A stretch of DNA of 64,000 nt from assembly GCA_002633005.1 (NCBI GenBank), contig NMRA01000535.1:198985-262984 (forward strand). Direction: 5' to 3'. Below the pieces are notes generated by a model, which saw nothing but the letters and a program-made list of their open reading frames with translations, was not told the origin of the DNA and did no database searches. Within the stretch, counting starts at the first letter, position 1; every line of letters starts with the position of its first letter. Positions 39,801 to 46,878 of this stretch are shown here, in pieces. Position numbers and translations under genes: made by a program. The stretch is from Phoronis australis (taxonomy: Eukaryota; Animalia; Phoronida).

Positions 39801-42800
39801 TTAACGCCCATGCTCAGTTAACCGCCCATCCCCGACTTTAAGTGGATTTTCGATTTAACCGCCCACTGCTCGGTTAAGCGCCCCCCTGCGATTTTTGAAG
39901 ATTTCCAGTTAAGCGCCCACCTCTCGGTTAAGCGCCCATCCCCGACTTTTAAAGAATGAAGATTTAGCGCCTAGTGCTAAGGAAACGCACGATTCCCCGA
40001 CTTTTAGAAAAAGATCGATGATCACAATGGGTGCAACGACGCCGGGACTCCGAGACGGTGGTTTAGCAATCTGAATTACAATACAGGTAACAAGTTATTG
40101 TCTTGGGTCATGAACTCACTTCAAAATATAATACTTGAACCTTTTTGTCACTTTATTTTCTTCCCTTGTTTGCAAAGTTTAAGAACGCCGCCGGCGCCAA
40201 AACCTCCGCTTTCAGCGACTTTGTCTGCCGCGCTGAGTTTTCGTCTGCAGTGCACTTAATAAAACATATATTCGAAAAAATCAGGCCAGACAAATGTGAC
40301 AAGGGTTTTGCCAACCCTCCAAATTCTATTAAGGTGGGATGCTCTCGTATTTTGAACAAATCTCACAACTCACGGAAAGATGTAAAATTCTCAATATTTT
40401 GATGAATATAACTGCCGGGTCATTATGTAGAGGATGTGGGGCATCCGAAGCGGGACAGTACAAGTGCCTTACTGGGTTACCGATTTCGTTGCTGCCTATC
40501 GATTTCTGAATTCAAACGTTGGCAATAATGTATGGTTGTATATGATCTTGAAGTAATAAAAAACGGCTAGTCAAATTTTGTTTTTTGCTTATTGCATCTC
40601 AGTCAAACTGGTTAGCAGATTTAACTAATGTCGCTGATTGTTCTTTACTATTTCTTGCGTCAGCCCCCACGTAAGCGTGACCGTGTGAATTATCGTTTCC
40701 ACATCCCCTTTTTAGCCATCCAGAATAATTTTGTTTATACATTGGCCATTTTAGCCTGAACAAAAATTCTTACCATTCGAGTCTGAAATATCTACGACGA
40801 AGACTGCTTGACGATAGTGGGTAGGAGATTCACGCAGCTAGTTACAGGGATGGGCTTAGGGAGCATCGAGCCGGGAAATATAGGAATAGACTTGACATCG
40901 CAGTTTTGGGGAACATTGGCAACGCAGGAATATCGTAAAGAACTGGGTCTTTCGTAACAACAGCTTAAAAGTACATAGTCACGCCCGTTTTTGTTACTTC
41001 GTCGGACTGTCGCTATGTGTGACTGATTTGTAGTGGTGCACGCGTGCAAGTTCCCACACTTTGGAGTGCATGTTACCTTGACACCAACATGTGATTGACA
41101 GGTGACTCACACGTAGGCCCCACGTGCGTACTGAATACCGCCACTATCTTTGGCCATAAAAAACGAGATGCATATTGAAAGAGGCCGTTATATTACTTGA
41201 CGGCATTTCCAAGTCACGATTGTCAGCCGACTGAGACATTGCGCGATAACAGCGGGACCGAACAGTGCCGCAGTGCGATATTACAAGTGATATAAATAGG
41301 ATAATCTGGACATCTTGCATGAAAAATAAATGTTTTTCCACCACGAAGTTTGGTAAGGTCATCGTTTAGAATAATGAATTGAAACATTCCTGTTTTCTGA
41401 CATTTTGTAACATTTTATGCAGTTGCATGGAATTTTATTCTTGATCGACGACTAGCTCGACCACCCCCGATCCTTGTCTTACTTCTTTGCATAGCATGTT
41501 TGGCGCAACGGCAAGACAGCAATGCCGGGCTGTCGAGATAAGTCAGCTAGCCGCAGAACCATACGCTGAAAATGTCATTGAGTCACGGAGTGTCGACTAT
41601 AACATCCCAAACACAAACAACAGCAGAGTTAAGTTTTTCAAACTTTTATTACAACCAATTTTAAAACTGCTCTCTGACTCAGAAGTTGACAGCTACATAT
41701 TATATAGTACGAGACTGTAACCATAAATTTGATGTCTGACCTCTGCAACACGTGAAGCTTGCACGCGCTCACTCAAGCAGGGTCACACCTTGAAACAGTT
41801 TTAATTCTAGTGGAGGCTGCGTGGTGACTGGTCGTCTGGGCATCGCAGGACGGCACGGGGCTATTACTCAGCAATTTTGTAAAGTTAATAGTGAATGACT
41901 AATCTGAGGGCAAGAGAACCTTTGTTGGGATCATCTGCTGTTATGACGTTTTCACAGTCATGTGGCGACGTGACGATAAAGCTCTTTGAAAAGGGCTACG
42001 CGTTCCGAGTATGATTGTCGTGTCGGGATTTAGATCGCCAGGTAAGATTAACCGCCCAGGGCGGTTGTCTGTCGTAATAAGCGCCCATGTTCGGTTAACC
42101 GCCCATCCCCTACTTTTGGTGGATTTTCAATTTAACCGCCCACTGCTCGGTTAACCGCCCTCCCCCGATTTTTTGGATTCGCCAATTTAACCGCCCAGGG
42201 CGTTAACCCGAACGATTACGGTATCTTAAAATCAGTCTGATAATAGCAAGTGATAAGCATAATGCACTAGAATCAAATAGCCACAAGCGCCAAGAATTTA
42301 AAGATCGAAGATATACATGATAGGGCGACATCTGGTGGCAAACACAAAAACTAACAACGAGGTAAAGAGGCAATTACGAGTAAGAAATCACAAAATTAAT
42401 ACTATTTAAAAATGCGACTAAAACCTGTCTTGCATTTTCAATGCTGGCATTTCAAATTTTATGACTAGGGCTTATAAGAGTGTTATCCCTCCACATCAAG
42501 TTCATGAAAACAAACAAAATTCTACGGTAGTTTCTAGTGGGTACATGAGGACCTTTCAATAGTGCAACTTAATACAACTAGTGTATCGTCATATAGTCAC
42601 TCACCCTGTAGTCGCCAAGTAGTTGCCCAGTGTCTTCTGCCATGAGTAGAATATGCCCCCATTACCATGGGTCTTCTCCGACAGAGTAAACACTCTCTGA
42701 AATCAAAAACGAATATTATGGAACTTTATCTAAGTAAATCAAACCAAGCAGTCACATAAAAATTGTTTTTTGCACTTTATTTATCAACAGTGATGCATTT

Positions 42801-45163
42801 GTTATGAACTTAACATAGCCAGAAACTGAAAGTGAAACTGGAGAACACAATTTTTATAAAGATCAAATAATTATATTTAAAAAAATTAAATATCTGTCAC
42901 GTTGCTACATGTGCGAGCCCATATTCAACTAATATCCACAACAGGAATCTCCTGAACAATCAATCTGTAAGGACATGGCAGCAGTTGCAACTGTAAAAAC
43001 GATGTGTTCTTGTAACAAGAACAATGCGCGCCCACGAATGCACTGCAAACAGTGTGCTTCTAGGGTTGTTTATTTGTATCATAAACATGGCCACTAGATG
43101 GTGCAAAATATGTCGAATCCATCCAAAAAGAGGAACATGCCATTGTTTCTTTAATAGAAAGTTTACCAAATTTCATAAAAATCTGTCTAGGAACTTCAGA
43201 GAAACAAAGGAAAACGAAAAAATGAAATTGTCACTAGGAGGCACAGCGTTTGTCATATCCATTGAAAGTTGTCGTCTGTTGTTAACTTCATATAAATAAA
43301 CATACTAAATTTAATCAAGATCCTGCAGTGATTTTAGGAGATACAGCTACGGGGGCAAAACAAAACAAAACTGTCACTAGGAGGTGCCACAGTAGTCGAA
43401 GTCATCATCGTCAGCCGTCCTGTGGACACTAAGAATGTATACTCCAATTCTCGAAATCATCCTTAGAATGGTTTCAACTTTGGTTGATAGAGGGGTGGAC
43501 GCAAAAAACAGACTCAAAAACAGCAAAAATGGCCACTATGTGGCACCAAAATACCTCGAATCCCCTGAAAACGGGAGAATAGCATCATCTCATCAACAGA
43601 TGCCTATATTCCAAATTTCATGAAAATCCATTGAAGACCTTTGAAGATACAGAAGTAAATGTAAAAAACTAAAATTAAGGGGGCACACCTGTAGTCAGAT
43701 CCATCTGATAGTCGTAGTCGTCCGTAGTCAACTTCATACAAATACACTTGCTAAATTTAGAAAAGATCCTGCAGAGGGACTAGGTGATACAGCCACGGGC
43801 GCAAAAAAGTTTTGTCAGCCGTCCTGTTCACAGTAGGAACATACATGCCAACTTTCAAGTACAGAGGCACACGTAAAATATAAAATAGCCACTAGATTCA
43901 TACTGGTACTCGGATCAGTCCAAACATTCGCTCATGCTGTCACATCCAGAAAGGAACACGTGTGCAAAATTTCATGAAGATACGTTAAAGGGTTTTGAAG
44001 ATAGAGCGGCAGATGCCAGACAGAAGCCGCACGGACGCCGGATGGACGGAGTTGATGGCATAATGCATCCACATATAAATTTGTGGGTGCATTAAAAGTT
44101 ATCAGTATTGCATGCCTGTTAAATATATTTTGCTATCTTTCCTTTCGGCAGTTGAGCACAGCTCAGTATGTCACATTTCACCCTTAGCCATTGTATAGTA
44201 CATGATAGCATGTTATTTGCATACAGAAGGCTAGAAAGGGTGTGGGCTACTGTAAATAGTGTTGGAAAATCAGATCTATTTACTGACTAGAATGACTGAT
44301 CTATGAGCATGCAATTTGCAATTGCACGTGGATGCTGTACATGTACAGGCTATGGCCAACTGGGATTGCTCAACAGATTTATTTCTTGATTGATAAAATA
44401 AAGTGCACTTAATGTTTAAAGAAACAATTACCTGTGAATTAAACAATTACATTTTAATACACTGGTAAAACTCTCCCTTTCATAGGTTACCTGACCAAAA
44501 GAACTGACCTTGGCCATTATAAAATATGACTGCCAAAGGATAATTTTTAAAATGTGGTCAAGTAAATTGCATTGGTAATAGGAATGACTTTATCTTAACT
44601 GCACGGAAAGGAGATAAAAAAGGACTATTTATTGGCAGAAAAGGGTCCAACCTTGCAGTGTTGAATTTTCTGGTTTTCAGTATATTTTCACATGATAAAA
44701 GTTAATTGTCAGCCCTCAGCAAAGCAATCACTTGGCAAGTTACTCATCAGGCCCATCAGAGTGCAGTTAGTGGACCAAAAAAAGAAGTCTCTAGGCAAGC
44801 TACTGCCAATCACTCAAACCTGACCAAATCATTCAGATTCCTTGTCTAAGTGAGAAAACAAGCTCCCGTTTCCAGGCCGCTTGGAATGGCATGCATTCAA
44901 CACAACAGGTACTGATAACTTGTTTCAGCCGCGAAATTTTCATAAGATATATTATCTACTCTCACACACAGTGAATCACTCAATCTTCTAATGCGATGTG
45001 AATCATTCATGTGTCTGGCTGTCACAATTTTTGGAACGAAGCGAAGACTGTGTAACCTGGTAAGTTGTCTAGGCCTATGTCATAACAAGATGTGTTAAAA
45101 GTGAATATTTTATCTCGCCCCTTCTATGCAAAAACTGTGCATAGTTGATAAACAAACCTTCAT
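712..45163 (-). CDS. WDR19: WD repeat-containing protein 19 / IFT144, spliced gene span (29 coding exons in window, 3' end outside window)
   Basis: Manually spliced exons give a continuous ORF ([10 protein letters not shown]...[18 protein letters not shown]...[12 protein letters not shown]...[14 protein letters not shown]...[16 protein letters not shown]...[14 protein letters not shown]...[15 protein letters not shown]) colinear with the WDR19/IFT144 sequence as I know it; all introns GT-AG with matching phases. Confidence 0.97.
1291..1372 (-). CDS. WDR19: WDR19 exon 28 ([27 protein letters not shown])
   Basis: tttcag / gtgagt, 82 nt. Confidence 0.94.
1667..1791 (-). CDS. WDR19: WDR19 exon 27 ([16 protein letters not shown]...HSYILVK)
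   Basis: tttcag / gtaatg, 125 nt. Confidence 0.94.
2012..2620 (+). mobile_element. Helentron-derived (HINE/DINE-like) interspersed repeat, copy A
   Basis: ACAAGA start, shared core (AAATGTGCC..., AAAATGGCCATTAGA), ends GGGCGCATAAAAA; homologous to copies B and C. Confidence 0.6.
3377..3473 (-). CDS. WDR19: WDR19 exon 26 ([32 protein letters not shown])
   Basis: ttccag / gtcagt, 97 nt. Confidence 0.94.
3780..5974 (-). mobile_element. Decayed non-LTR retrotransposon (L1/Tx1 clade) ORF2, linker plus reverse transcriptase
   Basis: Frameshifted fragments [25 protein letters not shown]...[54 protein letters not shown]. Confidence 0.9.
5975..7179 (-). mobile_element. Non-autonomous DNA transposon (hAT5-like), partial, inserted into the LINE; inverted relative of 17507-19964
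   Basis: Starts CAGGGCTCGAC with GGTCGCA/TGCGACC subterminal palindromes; over 1 kb similar to the reverse complement of ~18530-19964; other end lost in the gap. Confidence 0.8.
7180..7581. other. Assembly gap (N run)
   Basis: ~400 consecutive N. Confidence 1.
7582..7950 (-). mobile_element. Same LINE, APE endonuclease portion of ORF2
   Basis: [45 protein letters not shown] motifs; separated from the RT part by an inserted DNA transposon and the N gap. Confidence 0.85.
8775..10222. mobile_element. Non-autonomous Tc1/mariner(pogo)-like element
   Basis: TIRs CCATATTCGCCCTAATAACCGCCC / GGGCAGTTATTAGGGCGAATACGG flanked by TA on both sides; no ORF. Confidence 0.8.
10280..11402. repeat. Minisatellite: 42-bp units switching to 29-bp units (TAACTATGGTGACATAATTCATCCATCTG)
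   Basis: Direct inspection; switch at single N 10565. Confidence 0.95.
12246..12536. repeat. ~49-50-bp tandem duplications of the exon 25 3' end plus donor
   Basis: TATAAGTCACCATACCTTTGGCATGCCATCAGTTTCCCCCATCAAGAAG repeated; N at 12400. Confidence 0.9.
12502..12648 (-). CDS. WDR19: WDR19 exon 25 (ALKHFLRC...[11 protein letters not shown])
   Basis: tttcag / gtatgg, 147 nt. Confidence 0.93.
12654..12905. repeat. 51-bp minisatellite, ~5 copies, abutting exon 25 acceptor
   Basis: GAAGGTATGATGCACTCATTGAGTGAGATTAGAGAAATATCAACAGAC repeats. Confidence 0.9.
13090..13199 (-). CDS. WDR19: WDR19 exon 24 ([19 protein letters not shown]...QQYSR)
   Basis: tcacag / gtaagt, 110 nt. Confidence 0.93.
13421..13795. 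repeat. 31-bp minisatellite, ~12 copies
   Basis: CAATGCAGTCAGTGTCATTTACTCACACATT. Confidence 0.95.
14018..14142 (-). CDS. WDR19: WDR19 exon 23 ([25 protein letters not shown]...YAEII)
   Basis: tggcag / gtatat, 125 nt. Confidence 0.93.
15179..15384. repeat. 16-bp minisatellite, ~13 copies
   Basis: GACCATGTCCACTGGT. Confidence 0.95.
15569..15658 (-). CDS. WDR19: WDR19 exon 22 ([29 protein letters not shown])
   Basis: tttcag / gtatgt, 90 nt. Confidence 0.93.
16075..16298 (-). CDS. WDR19: WDR19 exon 21 ([12 protein letters not shown]...KDWDNVI)
   Basis: tttcag / gtatgg, 224 nt. Confidence 0.94.
16995..17070 (-). CDS. WDR19: WDR19 exon 20 ([25 protein letters not shown])
   Basis: catcag / gtgtgt, 76 nt. 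Confidence 0.92.
17201..20279. mobile_element. PIF/Harbinger-like MITE carrying a nested insertion
   Basis: GGCC termini with TTA on both sides (17198-17200, 20280-20282); imperfect TIRs (TTTGCACTTACC / GGTAAGGGCAAA). Confidence 0.6.
17507..19964 (+). mobile_element. Non-autonomous DNA transposon with 5-bp TSD (hAT5-like)
   Basis: TIRs CAGGGCTC / GAGCCCTG; direct repeat TCATA at 17502-17506 and 19965-19969; subterminal TGCGACC repeats. Confidence 0.82.
20740..20978 (-). CDS. WDR19: WDR19 exon 19 ([16 protein letters not shown]...LGDIR)
   Basis: ccacag / gtgagg, 239 nt. Confidence 0.95.
21207..21308. repeat. 25-bp minisatellite, ~4 copies
   Basis: TGTAGAGATGCCTTGTGCATGTTTT. Confidence 0.85.
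21753..21863 (-). CDS. WDR19: WDR19 exon 18 ([26 protein letters not shown]...AALE)
   Basis: tctcag / gtatgt, 111 nt. Confidence 0.93.
22024..22750 (+). mobile_element. Kolobok-like transposon fragment with decayed THAP domain
   Basis: TTAA|AGGAGAATGCTACC terminus; CIPRCSN...FTIPKD...[14 protein letters not shown]-like peptide (~22605-22745); ~22100-22520 homologous to the reverse complement of ~60730-61075. Confidence 0.55.
23397..23458 (-). CDS. WDR19: WDR19 exon 17 ([20 protein letters not shown])
   Basis: ttctag / gtatgt, 62 nt. Confidence 0.92.
24215..24350 (-). CDS. WDR19: WDR19 exon 16 ([18 protein letters not shown]...CLEIDF)
   Basis: tttcag / gtacgg, 136 nt; phase fits exon 17. 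Confidence 0.88.
24560..24628 (+). repeat. 3' end fragment of the same HINE-like family
   Basis: GGACGGACGGAT...GATGGCATAGTGTACCCGCATATAAAT...GCATAAAAA matches 44043-44097. Confidence 0.5.
24708..25116. repeat. 28/31-bp minisatellite
   Basis: ACTATGCACATATCAGACTCAAACTTAC with +AAT variants. Confidence 0.95.
25291..25460 (-). CDS. WDR19: WDR19 exon 15 ([33 protein letters not shown]...MQQAQ)
   Basis: ttgcag / gtacgt, 170 nt. Confidence 0.9.
25847..26697 (+). mobile_element. HINE-like repeat, copy B
   Basis: Same core with internal tandem units, GACG/GATG microsatellite remnant, 3' hairpin ...GTGGGTGCATAAAA. Confidence 0.65.
26811..26896. repeat. (GATGCAACAT)n, ~8.5 copies
   Basis: Perfect 10-bp tandem. 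Confidence 0.95.
26996..27143 (-). CDS. WDR19: WDR19 exon 14 ([13 protein letters not shown]...FREIVS)
   Basis: tctcag / gtaagg, 148 nt. Confidence 0.93.
27773..27968. repeat. ~16-bp minisatellite abutting exon 13 donor
   Basis: CACAATCAACATACAC units. Confidence 0.9.
27969..28118 (-). CDS. WDR19: WDR19 exon 13 ([17 protein letters not shown]...GYVYNP)
   Basis: ctccag / gtatgt, 150 nt. Confidence 0.93.
28442..29416. mobile_element. Non-autonomous DNA transposon with 5-bp TSD
   Basis: TIRs CATAGGCGGATTTAGG / CCTAGATCCGCCACTG; ACTTG direct repeat on both sides; GGGCCC subterminal motifs. Confidence 0.82.
29558..29677 (-). CDS. WDR19: WDR19 exon 12 ([17 protein letters not shown]...FLIYGTD)
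   Basis: tttcag / gtgagt, 120 nt. Confidence 0.93.
30369..30475 (-). CDS. WDR19: WDR19 exon 11 ([35 protein letters not shown])
   Basis: tttcag / gtgagt, 107 nt. Confidence 0.92.
31060..31174 (-). CDS. WDR19: WDR19 exon 10 ([12 protein letters not shown]...AWFYYLSEE)
   Basis: atccag / gtattg, 115 nt. Confidence 0.93.
32125..32460. repeat. 48-bp minisatellite, 7 copies
   Basis: GACTACCGCTAGACTAGTGCTCAGATCCAGCAGTGGATACTGAGACAA. Confidence 0.95.
33654..34408. repeat. 15-16-bp minisatellite (CACTGGGACACACGA) split by a MITE
   Basis: Units at 33654-33875 and 34374-34408. Confidence 0.9.
33876..34373. mobile_element. hAT-like MITE inserted in a minisatellite
   Basis: TIRs CAGGGCTTAGAAT / ATTCCAAGCCTTG; minisatellite resumes after 34373. 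Confidence 0.65.
34527..34767 (-). CDS. WDR19: WDR19 exon 9 ([13 protein letters not shown]...QDSIQQ)
   Basis: ttccag / gtgaat, 241 nt. Confidence 0.93.
35371..35462 (-). CDS. WDR19: WDR19 exon 8 ([30 protein letters not shown])
   Basis: ctgtag / gtgagt, 92 nt. Confidence 0.93.
35757..35821. mobile_element. Tiny internally deleted hAT-like MITE (65 nt)
   Basis: CACAGGCGGCGCA ... TGCGCCGCCCATG inverted ends, GC-rich in AT-rich intron. Confidence 0.45.
35876..36070 (-). CDS. WDR19: WDR19 exon 7 ([12 protein letters not shown]...HMKEIGQ)
   Basis: ctgcag / gtagga, 195 nt. Confidence 0.93.
36976..37189 (-). CDS. WDR19: WDR19 exon 6 ([17 protein letters not shown]...STMGDNT)
   Basis: acatag / gtgagt, 214 nt. 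Confidence 0.93.
37297..37539. repeat. 49-bp minisatellite, 5 copies
   Basis: GCAATGTTGACAAAATTCACAACAGTGTGGACTGAGTGACTCTTGCCCA. Confidence 0.95.
37655..37794. repeat. 27-bp minisatellite, 5 copies, abutting exon 5 donor
   Basis: TTTAACATGTGCAGATTCAGGGAGCAC. Confidence 0.93.
37795..37893 (-). CDS. WDR19: WDR19 exon 5 ([32 protein letters not shown])
   Basis: ttccag / gtaaat, 99 nt. Confidence 0.93.
38571..38696 (-). CDS. WDR19: WDR19 exon 4 ([17 protein letters not shown]...[16 protein letters not shown])
   Basis: cttcag / gtgaga, 126 nt. Confidence 0.93.
39245..39310 (-). CDS. WDR19: WDR19 exon 3 ([22 protein letters not shown])
   Basis: ttgcag / gtaatg, 66 nt. Confidence 0.92.
39343..39571. 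repeat. 38-bp minisatellite, 6 copies, near exon 3 acceptor
   Basis: TGATTTACTGCTACTGAAAGGTCACAGCGCTGGCGCCA. Confidence 0.93.
39786..42221. mobile_element. Non-autonomous Tc1/mariner(pogo)-like element
   Basis: Perfect 24-bp TIR CCGTAATCGTTCGGGTTAACGCCC, TA TSD, arrays of TTAACCGCCC/TTAAGCGCCC at both ends. Confidence 0.88.
42605..42696 (-). CDS. WDR19: WDR19 exon 2 ([31 protein letters not shown])
   Basis: tttcag acceptor, gtgagt donor, 92 nt. Confidence 0.92.
43014..44097 (+). mobile_element. HINE-like repeat, copy C
   Basis: AACAAGA start, internal tandem units, GGAC repeats, 3' hairpin TGCATCCACA-N8-TGTGGGTGCA then TTAAAA. Confidence 0.68.
45158..45163 (-). CDS. WDR19: WDR19 coding exon 1 (ATG AAG = MK)
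   Basis: gtaaaatATGAAG|gtttgt on minus strand; supplies the MK needed before exon 2 (RVFTL); only 6 nt so less certain. Confidence 0.75.
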
Positions 45164-45420
45164 ATTTTACACAATCGCCCAGAAACGTCTCGACAAAGAA
45201 AACCAACTAGTAAATATTATCCGTTCGAATTTGGCTTCCCTGGCAATGGATCGGAATGTTGCGCATGCGTTTACCACTTCCTTTTGTTTATTTCCTCCAA
45301 TAAGTGGGTCATGTCACCCGCTCACCGCAGAGTCAATTTTTCAAGAGGTATTGTTCACACGGCTACGTGCTTTCGATCTCAATATAGCATTCACTTCAAA
45401 TTAATTAGACTTCGTTTCCC
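45164..45420. promoter_or_regulatory. Putative bidirectional promoter of WDR19 and BOK-like gene
   Basis: Between divergent ATGs: NRF1-type palindrome TGCGCATGCG (45260-45269), ETS-like CACTTCC (45275-45281), degenerate RFX X-box GCTTCCCTGGCAAT (45234-45247); motif matches only. Confidence 0.5.
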
Positions 45421-45883
45421 TCCCACATTTAACAAAGTTACAGAATCTATCTTCCGGCTCCATAAAACAGTCTGTGTCGTCGGTTAACAAATCGGTCCAG
45501 GAATAAGATCTGGTCATAAGTCAAGCCAAGGTCAGGATTTTGGTGTATGTCTCTAGAGGTGACTGTTAGACTTGGTAATACCTCGGGAGCAAGTGCGAAT
45601 TAACAATGTGATTATCTGGTGTTACCTGGTAAGGTCAAAATACCGTCATTTTGGAAAGAGTCAATGATATCCGGAGGGAACGTCTGTTGACTGTTGTACA
45701 GTATCGCATCCAAATCTTGAAGATCTAGTTCCAGGCAATTTTGAGGAAAAGCAATTGGATACTAAAGAAGTCAGTACAGTAACCTAAGTATAAGGCAAAC
45801 CAGGAGGCAGGTCCAGAAGGTTAATTGCTTTTAACCAGACTTGAGTGCTCAGCTTATTTCCTAACAGATGTGAGGCATTTACC

Positions 45884-46528
45884 ATGGATACAATAAAAGG
45901 AGCAGTGTCTCAAATTAGGTCTGATTTTGCCATGATGTGGACATGGCGATCAGAAGCACAAAGTGCAGAATTCACAACTGATGATGTCATTAAGCAAGCC
46001 AGAACCTTGTGCAAGGATTATGTGAATGAACGACTGAAAAGGAGTAATTTACATACTAAAAAGCTTGCTCTTGTCACCCATGAACCTAACGAAATTGAAA
46101 AGCAGTTATTTTCGGTGGGACAACAGTTTGAGAACGTCCACCAGGACATATATCTAGAAGTGTCTTCACATTTGAAAATGACAATGTCTTCCGAGGCTAA
46201 TGTAAAGAAGGCCTTTGATGCTGTCAGTCATCAACTTTTCAAATCGCCGGTTACCTGGGGAAAGGTGGTTTCGTTGTTTGCCCTCGCTGGTGTGTTTGCG
46301 GCAGATTGTGTAAGACAAGGTCATGGGGATTTTGTGTACACCATAGTAGAGTGCTTTGTGGATTGCATAAACCAGTATGCAGCTGACTGGATCTTTGAAC
46401 AGGGTGGTTGGATCGCTTTTGTTACACGATACCAACCTAAAACACGACGAATAGTTGTTTGGACCCTGAGTGCATTGGGCATAATTGTTGGTTTCTCTGG
46501 AACACTTTTTTTGACATTACATGTCTGA
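45884..46528 (+). CDS. BOK: Bcl-2-related ovarian killer (BOK)-like protein, 214 aa, single coding exon
   Basis: ACCATGG Kozak start; BH4-like VIKQARTLCKDYVNERLKR; BOK-type BH1 TWGKVVSLFALAGVFAADCVRQG; BH2 WIFEQGGW; C-terminal hydrophobic anchor; acceptor ttatttcctaacag ending at 45867 implies a 5'UTR intron. Confidence 0.9.
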   Translation: MDTIKGAVSQIRSDFAMMWTWRSEAQSAEFTTDDVIKQARTLCKDYVNERLKRSNLHTKKLALVTHEPNEIEKQLFSVGQQFENVHQDIYLEVSSHLKMTMSSEANVKKAFDAVSHQLFKSPVTWGKVVSLFALAGVFAADCVRQGHGDFVYTIVECFVDCINQYAADWIFEQGGWIAFVTRYQPKTRRIVVWTLSALGIIVGFSGTLFLTLHV

Positions 46529-46872
46529 TTTAAAATTGTGACATTGTGTTTCTTTTCTGATATTGGCCCTTCGCCATTATTGCATCAAAATTGATTGTAG
46601 TACAAATGGAAAACGTTAAGTAATCTCTGAATGAATCCACGGATTTTATTCATTATTGGGTTAATGACCCTAAAAAATCCCTACATTGTTCAGAAGTGAG
46701 CTCTGTTACAATGGACTTTCAGTTCTAGATCTTTTTGTCCTGCTGTTTTGGTTTAGGTTGTTTTGTCTGTTGCTAAAAGCATCATTGTTTTGAGACAAAA
46801 ATGCATTTTTGGCATAATTGGTGGATGGGATAGATTTTTCAAAGTTATTAGCTTTGACCAGAGCTATAAAAC

Positions 46873-46878
46873 AATAAA
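46873..46878 (+). terminator. Candidate polyadenylation signal of BOK-like gene
   Basis: First AATAAA I found downstream of the stop codon, followed by GT-rich sequence. Confidence 0.3.

Noticed and set aside
45845-45883. ORF-track start of the BOK-like ORF at a GTG
   Set aside because: Overlaps a splice acceptor; the ATG at 45884 has a strong Kozak context
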